From contig NC_043025.1 in NCBI RefSeq assembly GCF_006345805.1, positions 4,712,001-4,776,000 on the forward strand: a stretch of 64,000 nucleotides of DNA, written 5' to 3'. Of the stretch, positions 1 through 12,055 are shown piece after piece. The DNA comes from Octopus sinensis. Taxonomy: Eukaryota. The notes under the pieces are model-generated. The model was not told the origin of the DNA. It saw only the letters and a program-made list of their open reading frames with translations, and did not search any database. How positions within the stretch are numbered: position 1 is the first letter of the stretch; each line of letters opens with the position of its first letter. Made by a program: the position numbers and the translations under genes.

Positions 1-17
1 TATTATTCCATACAGCA

Positions 18-342
18 GGAGTGAAGGCACGTGGTCTGGTGGTTAGAGTATTCAGCTCGCGATCATAAGTGTATGAGTTCAATACCTGACAGCACATTGT
101 GTCCTTGAGCAAGACACTTTATTTATCGTTGATCCAATCTGCTCAGCTGGCAAAAGTGAGGTGTGCCTGTAATTCAAAGGGCCAGCCTCGTCACATTCTG
201 AGTCACGCTGAAGCTCCCTCAGAATTACATTAACGGTGTGTCTGTGGAATACTCAGCCACTTGCATTTAACTTCACGAGCAGGTTGTTCCTTTGATCAGA
301 TTGACTGGAAACACTCGTCATTGCAACAGATGGAGTGCCAGT
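18..342 (+). mobile_element. tRNA-derived CORE-like SINE (tail type T1)
   Basis: A-box-like tggtctggtggttag, B-box-like gagttcaatacc, CORE-like gtgtccttgagcaagacacttta. 3' tail (gtctgtgga..ctcagccacttg..cacgagcagg) also occurs at 7466-7565 and 42800-42965. Confidence 0.7.
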
Positions 343-369
343 TTATGTGTGTATGTATATATATATATA

Positions 370-660
370 TATATCATGTGATCATGTGACCGACCAGGCC
401 TTCAGATGTTGCTACACATCGCTAGTCACAATGCGCTTCGCATTGTTTTAGCCTTCAAATGAAGCCACCCCACTGGCTAAGCGAGCAGGCCAACAGAAGA
501 AAGAGTGAGAGAAAATTGTGGCGAAAGAGTACAGCAGGGATCACCACCACCCCCTGATGGAGCCTCGGGGAGCTTTAGGTGTTTTCGCTCAATAAACACT
601 CACAACGCCCGGTCTGGGAATTGAAACTGCTATCCTACGACTGCGAGTCCGCTGCCTTAA
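370..660 (-). mobile_element. tRNA-derived SINE family D
   Basis: Reverse complement carries a tRNA-like head and the central block ctctttcgccacaattttctctcactct, shared with 42424-42965 and 46865-47880. Confidence 0.65.
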
Positions 661-928
661 GATACAGAAATAAATTTTTTTATTCTCAAACGCATGATAA
701 TGCTAATAAATAGCGTGATCAGGATAAATTATCCATTCATTGCAGAAAAATACATTACCTGCCACTCAGGAGACTTGAACTCACATCCCTGCCCAATAAC
801 GAATTCTTCTGCAATTTTAGAACTTATAAATTTAGCTTCATAAGATGCTAACATTAACTTCAACTTACTATGAAAATAAACAAAGTTTCCTTTAGAAGCA
901 TTGAGAAGTATTGAAAGATACAGAAATC

Positions 929-1490
929 ATCATCATCATTTAACGTCCTCTTTCTATGCTAGCATGGGTTGGACGATTTTGACTGAGGGGTGGTGAGCCA
1001 GATGGCTGCACCAGACTCCAATCTTGATCTGGCAGAGTTTCTACAGCTGGATGCCCTTCCTAATGCCAACCACTCCGAGAGTGTAGTGGGTGCTTTTTAT
1101 GTGCCACCGACACGGGGGCCAGTCAGGCGGTACTGGCAACGATCTTGCTCGAATCTTTTTACACGTGCCACCGGCACAGGTGCCTGTGAAGTGACGTTGG
1201 TAACAATTTTACGATCACGCTCGGATGGTGTTCTTGGCACCCCGCTAGCACAGATGCCAGTCATCGAATTGATTTTGATTTCCCTTGCCTCAACAGGTCT
1301 TTGCAAGCAGAGTTTAGTGACCAAAGAAGGGAAAGGTACACATAAGCGGGCTGGTTACGCTCCTGGCATAGGCCACAGGTTATGGTCTCATTTGGCTTGC
1401 CGGGTCTTCTCGAGCACAGCATATTTCCAAAAGTCTCGGTCGCTAGTCATTTCCTTGGTGAGGCCTAAAGTTCGAAGGTTGTGCTTAATA
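929..1490 (-). mobile_element. 5'-truncated RTE-clade LINE 3' end (ORF C-terminus, 3'UTR, (GAT)n tail)
   Basis: Minus strand 1490-1390 reads HNLRTLGLTKEMTSDRDFWKYAVLEKTRQAK*, an RTE-type C-terminus. The following 3'UTR (ggttggc.ttaggaagggcatccagctgtagaaac) recurs about 10 times in the window. Confidence 0.7.
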
Positions 1491-1938
1491 AATAACATGA
1501 TCAGAGTAAATTATCCATACATTGCAGAAAAATACGTTACCGGCCAGCCATGAGTCTTGAACTCACATCCCTGTACGTTACAAACAAGATAGTGATAGAT
1601 TTACGGACAAAGAATTGCCATAAGAACAGCAAAAATACTGGGTAAATTACCCTTACAAGGTGGACACGTGCCCAAGGTGCTACGCAGTGGGACTGAACCT
1701 TCTTACCACACAACCATACCTGAGCAGGCAGTTCCGTTGATTAGATGAACTGGAACACTTGCCATCATAATTGGTGGAGGGCCCAGCCCATGTGGCAGGG
1801 GTCTCCAGCCCCCAGGCTTTGGATCAGTAATGAGCTGTGGATTATCTGGTACCAGGCCATGCAGAGAGAACAAATTTTTAAATTCTGTTTCTATTTTGAT
1901 GATTGCAGCCTGCAGGATGATTTTGCTTTATACATACA

Positions 1939-2335
1939 CTAGCAGTATCGCCCGGCATTGCTCGGGTTTGTAAGGGAAATAACTATATAAGCATTTTTAG
2001 AGATGTAAAGTATAATAGCCATCTCAATATGGCTAACCACAAAGGGGGGGGGGTTACTGTAGCTTTTTACATTCTGAGATTTAATAATAAATTTTTAGAG
2101 AGTTACTTCCCTTATATATGCCAAAAATGCATTAAAAATGGGAAAAATTGATGGTAAATTTTTTTTTAAATCGTAGACTCATCGTAGACACGCGCTAATA
2201 CCCAGAAGGGCTTGATATGAATCACGACTATAAGATACCCACTTTTGGTTAAACCGCACCCCAAAATGTGGGAGTAGTTAGGAATCTAAATCGTAGGAGA
2301 CAGAGAGCACACAACCTCTCTTTTATATATAATGA
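1939..2335 (-). mobile_element. Non-autonomous Helitron
   Basis: On the minus strand it starts TC and ends CTAG, has a GC-rich subterminal hairpin (cccggcattgctcggg, 1951-1966), sits between A and T, and has no TSD. Confidence 0.75.
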
Positions 2336-2416
2336 TATGTAATAATCTATGTATTGTATATTATACTGTATTACAAATTTTTGTTTTAATTTTTTTCTTG
2401 TTTTTGGTCAGTAAGA

Positions 2417-2578
2417 GGCGTAGGAGTGGCTGTGTGGTAAGTAGCATGCTAACCAACCACATGGTTCCAGGTTCAGTCCCACTGCATGGCACCTTAGGCA
2501 AGTGTCTTCTACTATAGCCTCGGGCCAACCAAAGCCTTGTGAGTGGATTTGGTAGACGGAAACTGAAAGAAGCCCATC

Positions 2579-2616
<38 letters not shown>

Positions 2617-2840
2617 ATGTGTGTGTATATGTTTGTGTGTCTGTGTTTGACCCCCTAGCATTGCTTGACAACTGATGCTGGTGTGTTTACATCTCCGTAA
2701 CTTAGCGGTTCAGTAAAAGAGACCAATAGAATAAGTACTAAGCTTACAAAGAATAAGTCCCGGGGTTGATTTGCTCGACTAAAGGCGGTGCTCCAGCATG
2801 GCCACAGTCAAATGACTGAAACAAATGAAAGTGTAAAGAG
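2417..2840 (+). mobile_element. Bipartite tRNA/CORE-like SINE family A
   Basis: Head ggcgtaggagtggctgtgtggtaag..ggttcagtccc, CORE-like caccttaggcaagtgtctt, internal (TA/TG)n, 3' half ending ggtgctccagcatggcc..aaatgactgaaac. Confidence 0.85.
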
Positions 2841-2984
2841 AGACGTATATACCCACATCATAACAACAAGTGTCTTGTACTATAGTCCCATCCTGACCAA
2901 TGCTTTGCGAGTGAATTTAGCCGATGGAAACTGTGGGGAAGCCCTTTGTGTGTGCATATATACATATGTGTATTAAGGCATATG

Positions 2985-3323
2985 ACTCAGTGGTTAGTGT
3001 CAGGCACACAATCATGACGTAGTGAGTTCAGTTCCTGGACCAGGCTGTGTGTTGTGTTCTTGAGCAAGACTCTTTATTTCACGTTGCTCCAGTTCACTCA
3101 TCTGTAGAAATGAGTTGCGACGTCACAGGTGCCAAGCTGTATCGGCCCCTTTGCCTTTCCCTTGGATAACATCAGTGGCGTGGAGAAGAGGAGGACAGTA
3201 TGCATGGATGATTGCTGGTCTTCCATAAACAACCTTTCCTGGACTTGTTCCTTGGAGGTTAACTTTCTAGGTGCAATCCCATGATTGTTCATGACCAAAG
3301 GGGGTCTTTAGCCTTGTGCTTTT

Positions 3324-3357
<34 letters not shown>

Positions 3358-3650
3358 TATATACACATTTGTATGTATTCCTGGACCAGGCTGTGTTGTG
3401 TTCTTGAGCAAGACACTTTATTTCCTGTTGATCCAGTTCACTCAGCTGTAGAAATAAGTTGTGACATCACTGGTGCCAAACCGTATCAGCCTTTGCCTTT
3501 CCCTTGGATAACATCAGTAACATCGAAAGAGGAGGCTGGTATGCATGGGTGACTCATGGTCTTCCATAAACAACCTTGCCCAGACCTGTGCCTTGGAGGG
3601 GAACTTTCTAGGTGCAATCCCATGGTTGTTGATGACCGAAGGGGGTCTTT
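2985..3650 (+). mobile_element. Two tandem CORE-like SINE copies with another tail type
   Basis: tRNA head at ~2985-3040. The block ctggaccaggctgtgt..ttcttgagcaagac..ctttctaggtgcaatccc..gggggtcttta occurs twice, separated by (TA)n. Confidence 0.65.
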
Positions 3651-3670
3651 ACTCTTCTCATGCATGTATA

Positions 3671-4095
3671 GGTGCAGGAGTGGCTGTGTGGTAAGTAGCT
3701 TGCTTACCAACCACATGGTTCCGGGTTCAGTCCCACTGCGTTGCATCTTGGGCAAGTGTCTTCTGCTATAACCCCGGGCTGACCAATGCCTTGTGAGTGG
3801 ATTTGCTGGACGGAAACTGAAAGAAGCCTGTCGTATATATGTATATGTATATATGTATATGTATATATATGCGTGTGTGTGTTTGTATGTCTGTGTTTGT
3901 CCCCCTAGCATCGCTTGACAACCGATGCTTGTGTGTTTACGTCCCCGTCACTTAGCAGTTCGGCAAAAGAGACCGATAGAATAAGTACTGGGCTTACAAA
4001 AGAATAAGTCCCGGGGTCGATTTGCTCGACTAAAAAAGGCGGTGCTCCAGCATGGCCGCAGTCAAATGACTGAAACAAGTAAAAGAGAGAAAGAG
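3671..4095 (+). mobile_element. SINE family A, full length
   Basis: Same head, core, internal microsatellite and tail as 2417-2840. Confidence 0.85.
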
Positions 4096-4451
4096 TATAT
4101 ATAAATCCTTAAATCCATAAAAATGTTTTAGCCTGAAGGCCGCGGCCATGCTGGGGCACCAATATAAAGAGAAAATGGAATTCACAAGGTTCTTTATTAA
4201 TCACAATGATTGTTTTGACTCATTTTGCTTTGGTCTCTAACAGGTGAGATTCTAGACAACTGATTGTGTTGCAACATTCAGTGCAAATGTGTCACATCAG
4301 GTAACCTTTCAAAAGCTGTCTCACTCAATAAACTCGGTTCTGCATTGTGCAATTACAATACATTTTATTATTTGCCTGTAGCTGGTTGTGTATAGAGGGT
4401 CATGGCTTAGAGTGACTTGGAACGGAGTACAGTGGAGTGTGTATATGTATA

Positions 4452-4651
4452 CCATTGCTTTACAAACTTTTTGCTGGAGCAGAACCCCAAGGAAACATTC
4501 CACTGGCTCGAGGAACCCCTGTGCAATAATTTAATAGTCTTATGCACACATATCTGCAGAGGAGAATTAAAAATTACTGCTGATTTTAGCAGTTTTGTAA
4601 CCTCTTGCGGAACCCCTGGACTGTACTGGCGGACCCTTGTTGGAAACCCTG
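4452..4651. mobile_element. hAT/Charlie-like MITE (degenerate)
   Basis: Ends ccattgctttacaaacttttt and gttggaaaccctg resemble CAG.GGTTCCCAA(A)C hAT termini. Repeated internal g(g)aacccc motifs. Confidence 0.45.
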
Positions 4652-4777
4652 ATGTATACACACACACACACACAGACACATATATTTCCAGGGGTGTAAC
4701 CAGCCCACTTATGCATACCTTTCCTTCATTGGACACTAAACTCTACCTTGAAAAAAAATAACCTGGATACTAAAGGG

Positions 4778-5237
4778 TTAATCCTTTAGCATTTAACCCT
4801 TTCGTTACCAACCCGGCTGAAACCGCCTCTGGATCTCTAGTACAAATGTCTTGTTTTCATAAGTTCTGAATTAAAATCTTCCACCAACCTTAGTCACAAT
4901 TTATGTTCCTAACACTAGCTTAATGATAACTAAGTCATTTTACTAAATTCTTTGTTATATTTAAAATTAATTGATAGAAACACAGAGCACCTCAAAAGAA
5001 ATATGGTAACAAAAAGGTTAAACCAGTTGTATCCAGCCCAAATATTTTACTTGTTTTCTGTCTATACAGACCAAATCTGGGCTGTGACACCTATCTTAAA
5101 ACGTCATTTAAAAAGCATACAATCACCTTGTTGAAATCCTGAAGCTACGAGACTTCAACAATGCATGAATAATTCCAAACAATGTGAATAAGTGAGCATT
5201 ACATTTGACAGAGTAATGTGAATGCTTGAAGAGTTAA
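4778..5237. mobile_element. TTAA-flanked (piggyBac-like) MITE A, interrupted by MITE B
   Basis: ttaatcctttagcatt ... aatgcttgaagagttaa. An uninterrupted copy in the opposite orientation lies at 63049-63276. Confidence 0.6.
4793..5021. mobile_element. TTAA-flanked (piggyBac-like) MITE B
   Basis: TTAA-ccctttcgttacca ... tggtaacaaaaagg-TTAA. Two more copies at 41397-41870. Confidence 0.8.
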
Positions 5238-5709
5238 AGTACTTTTGTTGCAAGTTTATTATTTCTTGGAGTAAATCTAGAACAAAATTGTTTGCTCTGA
5301 CCTGAAACAGCTTTGTGCAGTCCACTTATGTATTTTTAGCTCGGCATTTCTAAATTTGTTTTTCCATGTCATTCTTGGATGCTGGAAAATGAAGATAATA
5401 ACATTTCAAGATCAATAACTGTTAAGCATAAATTACCAGTAGGTTTCTGTGATTGCTTTTCTACTGGGGAGGACAAATGGAAGGCTGGATGTGGCCGGTT
5501 AATTTTCTCAATTGGCATTTTAATAAATTGAGATTCCGAAAATTGGTGGGTGTAGGTGGAGGCCCTGTGGTTATGGTGTTCACTTTGCAACCATGCGGTT
5601 TTGGGTTCAGTCTCAATGTGCAGCACCTTGGACAGGTATCTTTTACTATAGCCCCTGGCCTGACTAATGTCTAATGAGTGAATTCAGTAAACGAGAACAG
5701 TGTGGGAGC

Positions 5710-5727
5710 ACATATACATATATTATA

Positions 5728-5758
<31 letters not shown>

Positions 5759-6250
5759 AATAATATATGATGTATATATATTCTATATATATGATGTATG
5801 TTTATATATATATTATATATGATATATAATTATACATGTGTATATATATATTATATATATGATGTATGTATATTATATATGATGTATATGTATGTATGTA
5901 TATATATATGATGTATGTATATTATATATGATGTATATGTATGTATGTATATATATATGATGTATGTATATTATATATGATGTGTATGTATGTATATATA
6001 TATATATATATGTATATTTTATATGATGTATATGTATGTATGTATGTATATGTATATTATATATGATGTATATGTATGTATGTATGTATGTATATGTATA
6101 TTATATATGATGTGTATGTATGTATGTATATTATATATGATGTATATGTATGTATATATATATATATATGATGTATGTATATTATATATGGTGTATATGT
6201 ATGTATGTATGTATGTATGTATATATATATATATATATAATATGATGTGT
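5710..6250. repeat. Compound (TA)/(TATG)/(TGA) microsatellite field
   Basis: Iterated atatgatgtat(a/g)tgtat units. Confidence 0.9.
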
Positions 6251-6499
6251 ATATTCAGGAAAAAATAATAGCTATTGGCATTGAAGGTTGTAGGCTTTTG
6301 CCATATCGAAGTTCAATGAACTGGAAAGATTTTTATGTACTTCATGGTTAGCAACTAGAACTGCTATGTGTGCGAATAAAAATCCAAATTGAAGGAGTGG
6401 AGCAGATAAAATCCAGGCTACATGTGTTTCCTCTGATATAATAATTACTCGACGAGGGGTATTCAGCTAGGTACTCACTGGATTGAGGGTATCTTAATT

Positions 6500-6660
6500 A
6501 TATGAAAATCCCAAAAAGAACAAACACAAAAAAAGAACATGTGGTACATGTAATGCATTAGCAGACACTCAGGAAAGGAAAGAAGGCTGGTTTAACATTT
6601 CGAGCAGTTGCTCTTCTTCGGAAACAGAGAAAAGACCAATAGAAGGGAAGACGGAGGAAG
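6500..6660 (-). mobile_element. Penelope-like pseudo-LTR fragment
   Basis: Homologous to 17635-17860 and contains a hammerhead-like motif. Confidence 0.5.
6590..6625 (-). ncRNA. Minimal type I hammerhead ribozyme-like motif
   Basis: Reverse complement: GTTT-CCGAAGA-A-GAGC(aact)GCTC-GAA-ATGT-T-AAAC, giving stem I, core, stem II, GAAA and a minimal stem III. Confidence 0.55.
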
Positions 6661-6664
6661 AAAA

Positions 6665-6895
6665 TCTCTGTGTGTGTGTGTATACGTTTGTGTGTCTGTG
6701 TTTCTTCTCCCCAACATCGCTTGACAACCAATGTTGGTGTGTTTACGTCCCCGTAACTTAGCAGTTTGGCAAAAGAGATCGATAGAATAAGTACGAGGCT
6801 TACGAAGAATAAGTCCTAGGGTCGATTTGCTCAACTAAAAGGCGGTGCTCCAGCATGGCTGCAGTCAAATGACTGAAGAATCTAAAAGAGTAACT
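6665..6895 (+). mobile_element. SINE family A, 3' half
   Basis: gtgtctgtgttt..catcgcttgacaacc..ggtgctccagcatgg. Confidence 0.8.
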
Positions 6896-7011
6896 GATCC
6901 CCCTGTATTTTCTTTCACCCAAAGCCAAGAACTTTTTAGCACCCCCTCATATGTTTATGTATAAGTATATATACATATTTGTATGTGTTTATATTTTTAT
7001 GTACGCATATA

Positions 7012-7182
7012 AGTGCAGGAGTGGCTGTGTGGTAAGTAGCTTGCTTACCAACCACATGGTTCCAGGTTCAGTCCCACTGCACGGCACCTTGGGCAAGTGT
7101 CTTCTACTATAGCCTCGGACCAACCAAAGCTTTGTGAGTGGATTTGGTAGACGGGAGCTGAAAGAAGCCCATCGTATATATG

Positions 7183-7217
<35 letters not shown>

Positions 7218-7460
7218 TATATATGTGTGTGTGTGTGTGTGGGTGTGTGTTGTATATGGTGTCTGTGTTTGTCCCCCTAGCATCGCTTGACAACCGATGC
7301 TGGTGTGTTTACGTCCCCGTCACTTAGCGGTTCGGCAAAATAGACCGATAGAATAAGTACTGGGCTTACAAAGAATAAGTCCCGGGGTCGATTTGCTCGA
7401 CTAAAGGCGGTGCTCCAGCATGGCCACAGTCAAATGACTGAAACCAGTAGAAGAGAAAAG
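7012..7460 (+). mobile_element. SINE family A, full length
   Basis: All family A blocks present. Confidence 0.85.
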
Positions 7461-7606
7461 AGTGTGTCTGTGGAGTGCTCAGCCACTTGCAGTTAATTTC
7501 ACGAGCAGGTTGTTCTGTTCATCGGATCAACTGGAACCCTCGTCATCATAACCGACAGAGTACCACGATGTGTGTATATATATATATACTAATATATATA
7601 TATATA

Positions 7607-7644
<38 letters not shown>

Positions 7645-7956
7645 TCTAAAGTGTATGACAACCACCATTATATATATTTTGTTTATTCATTACTGTTTTC
7701 AATTTCGTTTTCGTCTCTTGTATTCACATCCGTCTTGTGCGTTCACATTCCTGTCTTCTACCAAGAAATCTAATGCTTACAGCTTAGTTTTTTTTTTGGG
7801 GCTGGCCGAGTTGGAGCAAATATCAGAATTGAACAGCCGAAATTTGCTATGATGATTCGGTGTCTGACTGAAGATTGAAGGCTTCGAATGATTTGTCTGT
7901 GTTCCGTGTTCGTCCCTTCCTGTATTTCACGTTCATTATATATAAAAACATTCATT

Positions 7957-7991
<35 letters not shown>

Positions 7992-8441
7992 TATCCTAGA
8001 ATTTAGATTAGCTGATATTAGAGTTAACTCTCTTGGTTGCAATTTTAAAATTTAGCAGCTCCCAGTGGGAGCTTTTATGATCTAATTGCAAGCATAATCT
8101 TGGTTACAGGAAGTCTTATGCACCTGAGAGTTATTAGGTATTTTTTTTATACATGGTGAATATTATATTTATGTATATATAGACAAATAGAGAATGGTAT
8201 GCATTTGTGCATGTTACATATATATATTACATATATATATAGAGAGAGAGAGAAAGAGAGAGAGGCATGTATGTATATAATGGTGTGTGTGTGTGTGTCT
8301 GTATATATTTATATATATACATGTCAGTGTATGTGTGTGTTGTGTATATATATGTCTGTGTTGTATATGTGTATACCTCTGTGTGTGTGTTGGTGGATAT
8401 ATATATATATATATATATATGTACATGTATATATATGTATA

Positions 8442-8499
<58 letters not shown>

Positions 8500-8505
<6 letters not shown>

Positions 8506-8890
8506 GTAAGTAGCTTGCTTACCAACCACATGGTTCCGGTTCAGTCCCACTGCATGGCATCTTGGGCAAGTGTCTTCTGCTATAGCCTCGGGCTGACCAA
8601 AGCCTTGTGAGTGGATTTGGTAGACGGAAACTGAAGGAAGCCTGTCGTATATGTGTGTATATATGTATATATATGTGTGTTTGTGTGTCTGTGTTTGTCC
8701 CCCTAGCATTGCTTGACAACTGATGCTGGTGTGTTTACGTCCCCGTCACTTGGTGGTTCGGCGAAAGAGACAGATAGAATAAGTACTGGGCTTACAAAAA
8801 GAATAAGTCCCGGGGGTCGAGTTGGTCGACTAAAGACGGTGCTCCAGCATGGCCACAGTCAAAATTACTGAAACAAGTAAAAAGAGAAAA
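8500..8890 (+). mobile_element. SINE family A, head clipped by microsatellite
   Basis: Starts gtgtggtaagtagcttgc after (TA)n; full 3' half present. Confidence 0.85.
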
Positions 8891-8955
8891 AGCGAAAGAT
8901 ATATGTATGTATGTATATGTAATACATGCATGATATATACATATGTGTATGTATG

Positions 8956-8994
<39 letters not shown>

Positions 8995-9169
8995 ATAAAC
9001 ACAACTGAAAGCAGGAGCGTGTTTTTTTTGTATGTGTGTTACCCCCCCTCCAAACTATGTATATGTTTTGTATAAAGTGTCTTTTCTATTTATAACTTTT
9101 AAATCGAATTCCTACACCCGTGTGTCTCTCTCTGTCTGTCAGTGAGATATATATTACACTCTCATATAT

Positions 9170-9372
9170 GGCTATGAGTATATATATATATATATATATA
9201 TAATCTATCTGTGCTCTCTCCCTCGCGTATATATATACGTGCATGATATATATGTGTTGTATACATGGATGTATGTATATATAGTATGTATATATATATA
9301 GATATATATATATTATATATGTATGTATTATATATGTATGTATTTATATATGTATGTATTTAGATATATATG

Positions 9373-9431
<59 letters not shown>

Positions 9432-9432
9432 T

Positions 9433-9474
<42 letters not shown>

Positions 9475-10040
9475 CATTATATACATAAGATATATATATT
9501 ATATATATATATATATGTTGTATGCATTTAACATATATATATGTATGTATTTATATATATATATATGTATGTATGCATTTATATGATATATATATATGTA
9601 TGTATGCATTTATACATATATATATGTATGCATTTATATATATATATATGTATGTATGCATTTATACATATATATATGTATGCATTTATATATATATATA
9701 TGTATGTATGCATTTATACATATATATATGTATGTATTTATATATATATATATGTATGTATGCATTTATATATATATATATATATGTATGTATGCATTTA
9801 TACATATATATATGTATGCATTTATATATATATATATGTATGTATGCATTTATACATATATATATGTATGCATTTATATATATATATATGTATGTATGCA
9901 TTTATATATATATATATATATGTATGTATGCATTTATATATATATATGTATGTATATACATATATATATATATGTATGTGTTCATTTATACACACACATA
10001 TATATATTATACATACATACATACATATATACATACATAT
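9170..10040. repeat. Compound (TA)n/(TATG)n field with a gtatgcatttat higher-order unit
   Basis: atatatatgtatgtatgcatttat is iterated from ~9560 to 9960. Confidence 0.9.
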
Positions 10041-10544
10041 ATCTTTTAAGTTCATTCGCGAGGAAGCGTTTTGAATCTGCAAAATAAAGCTGCTATTCCA
10101 TTATGCCACCCCAATCTAATGATGCCAGCCAACAGGTGAACCAGTTTTTGGGGGTTTCCATCGAGCTGTACCGATATAATGCAGGATAAATATAGTAATA
10201 ACAGCCATCATCCCAGGAACATGAGCTGACATCTTAAGAGACCTTTTTTTATTTGTGGAAAAGTGCATAGCAATGTGTTGAAGTATTTATAGATTCCATC
10301 CAAGAATTATTATGTAACGTATGTCTGTATGCAGAACTGTGTTTAATTTCCTGCAGTTCCTCTGTCTCTGCTGTCATCGCTGTCCTCGTTCCTTGGTTAC
10401 AACGGCTGGGTTGTCCATTAGCGACGACGATTGTCGCTAAGTGCTCCACCTTCAAAACACTGTTATCAGCTGGTCGTTGTCTTCTTAGGACAATAAAAGC
10501 AACAACAACAACAACAACAACGGGAGCAATGACAAGAGCAACAC

Positions 10545-11222
10545 ATAGAATCGCTTCCTGGCAGAATCGTTAGCAACCCGGGTGAACTGCGTAGCCGTAT
10601 TCGTCTGCCGTTACGTTCTGGGTTCAAATTCCGCCGCGGTCGACTTTGCCTTTCGTCCTCTCGGAGTCGATAAATTAAGTACCAGTTACGCACTGGGGTC
10701 GATGTAATCGAATAATCCCTTTGTCTGTCCTTGTTTGTCCCCTCTGTGTTTAGCCCCTTGTGGGTAGTAAAGAAATAGGTATTTCATCTGTCTTTACATT
10801 CTGAGTTCAAATTCCGCCGAGGTCGACTTTGCCTTTCATCCTTTCGAGGTCGATAAATTAAGTACCAGTTATGCACTGGGTCGATGTAATCGACTTAATC
10901 CATTTGTCTGTCCTTGTTTGTCCTCTTTGTGTTTAGCCCCTTGTGGGTAGTAAAGAAATAGGTATTTCATCTGTCTTTACATTCTGAGTTCAAATTCCGC
11001 TGAGGTCGACTTTGCCTTTCATCCTCTCGGAGTTGATAAATTAAGTACCAGTTACGCACTGGGGTCAATGTAATCGACTTAATCCCTTTTTCTGTCCTTG
11101 TTTATCCCCTCTGTGTTTAACCCCTTGTGGGTAGAAAAAGAAATAGGTATTTCGTCTGCCGTTACGTTCTGAGTTCAAATTCCGCCGAGGTTGACTTTGC
11201 CTTTCATCCTTTCGGGGTCGAT
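10545..11222 (+). mobile_element. tRNA-derived SINE family C, internally tandem (~182 bp x 3.4)
   Basis: Head ctggcagaatcgttagc..gggttcaaattcc. Central block gtcgactttgcctttcatcct..gtcgataaattaagtaccag. Tail ttagccccttgtgggtagtaaagaaata occurs three times. Confidence 0.8.
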
Positions 11223-11345
11223 AACATATATATAAATATACCGGAGTAAACACATAAATGTGAAACAAGGTGGAAAAAAGAGTACTCAAATACCAGAGGT
11301 AGAGTAATATGCTTTATTTAAAAGCAGCAGAAAATTCAACAAAAC

Positions 11346-11383
11346 CTGTTACTCTGAGTTTCACGTTCCCGTTCGTCGGACAG
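11346..11383 (-). ncRNA. Minimal type I hammerhead ribozyme-like motif
   Basis: Reverse complement: CTGT-CCGACGA-ACG(ggaa)CGT-GAA-ACTC(a)GAGT-A-ACAG, with GUA cleavage triplet and GNRA loop II. Confidence 0.6.
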
Positions 11384-11399
11384 TTTTTGCTAGAAAAAA

Positions 11400-11436
11400 C
11401 TGTCCGACGAACGGAACGTGAAACTCAGAGTAACAG
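11400..11436 (+). ncRNA. Minimal type I hammerhead ribozyme-like motif (loop II one nt shorter)
   Basis: CTGT-CCGACGA-ACG(gaa)CGT-GAA-ACTC(a)GAGT-A-ACAG. Confidence 0.55.
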
Positions 11437-11468
11437 GTTTTGTTGAATTTTCTGCTGCTTTAAATAAA

Positions 11469-11509
<41 letters not shown>

Positions 11510-11743
11510 TATTCTTGAGAACATTTCTTTAGTGGTGGATTCCCTTTGCGGATCTATTTCTAGCGTTAGAGTGACCACATGTGGTCTCCCTCTTATTACT
11601 TGTATTAATAATTTTTACTGTATCCCAGTCTTTATACGCTAGGCCAATTAGTGTTTTAAATTGATGTTATTAATTAATATTCAATTTTTTTCAACCTTAT
11701 TGTGATTTTAATTATACACATATAATATATATATATATATATA

Positions 11744-12055
11744 GGCGCAGGAGTGGCTGTGTGGTAAGTAGCTTGCTAACCAACCACATGGTTCCGGGTT
11801 CAGTCCCACTGCGTGGCATCTTGGGCAAGTGTCTTCTGCTATAGCCCCGGGCTGACCAATGCCTTGTGAGTGGATTTGGTAGACGGAAACTGAAAGAAGC
11901 CTGTCGTATATATATATATATATATATATAATATACACATATATATATATATATGTGTGTGTGCTGGTGTGTTTACGTCCCCGATTTGCTCGACTAAAGG
12001 CGGTGCTCCAGCATGGCCGCAGTCGAATGACTGAAACAAGTAAAAGAGTAAAGAG
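11744..12055 (+). mobile_element. SINE family A with internal deletion
   Basis: Head and tail present; the middle of the 3' half is missing (gtccccg joined to atttgctcgac). Confidence 0.8.

Larger units (their letters stand above)
11224..11474. mobile_element. Penelope-like inverted pseudo-LTR pair (palindrome 11307-11474, ~80-bp arms)
   Basis: Near-perfect inverted repeat around ttttt-gctag-aaaaaa. Each arm holds a hammerhead-like motif and the left arm extends ~80 bp further. Confidence 0.6.

Noticed and set aside
700-1575. Diverged ~85-bp repeat (703-790 and 1487-1575) around an RTE fragment, as a long TSD
   Set aside because: The left copy is not adjacent to the insertion and the divergence is high.
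5300-5390. 80-nt minus-strand candidate exon (HPRMTWKNKFRNAELKIHKWTAQSCF)
   Set aside because: Weak gtcaga donor and no recognisable protein; compatible with chance.
7700-7960. Unclassified segment with ctgaagattgaaggcttcgaa, resembling a PLE pseudo-LTR
   Set aside because: The hammerhead fold cannot be completed and there is no second copy in the window.
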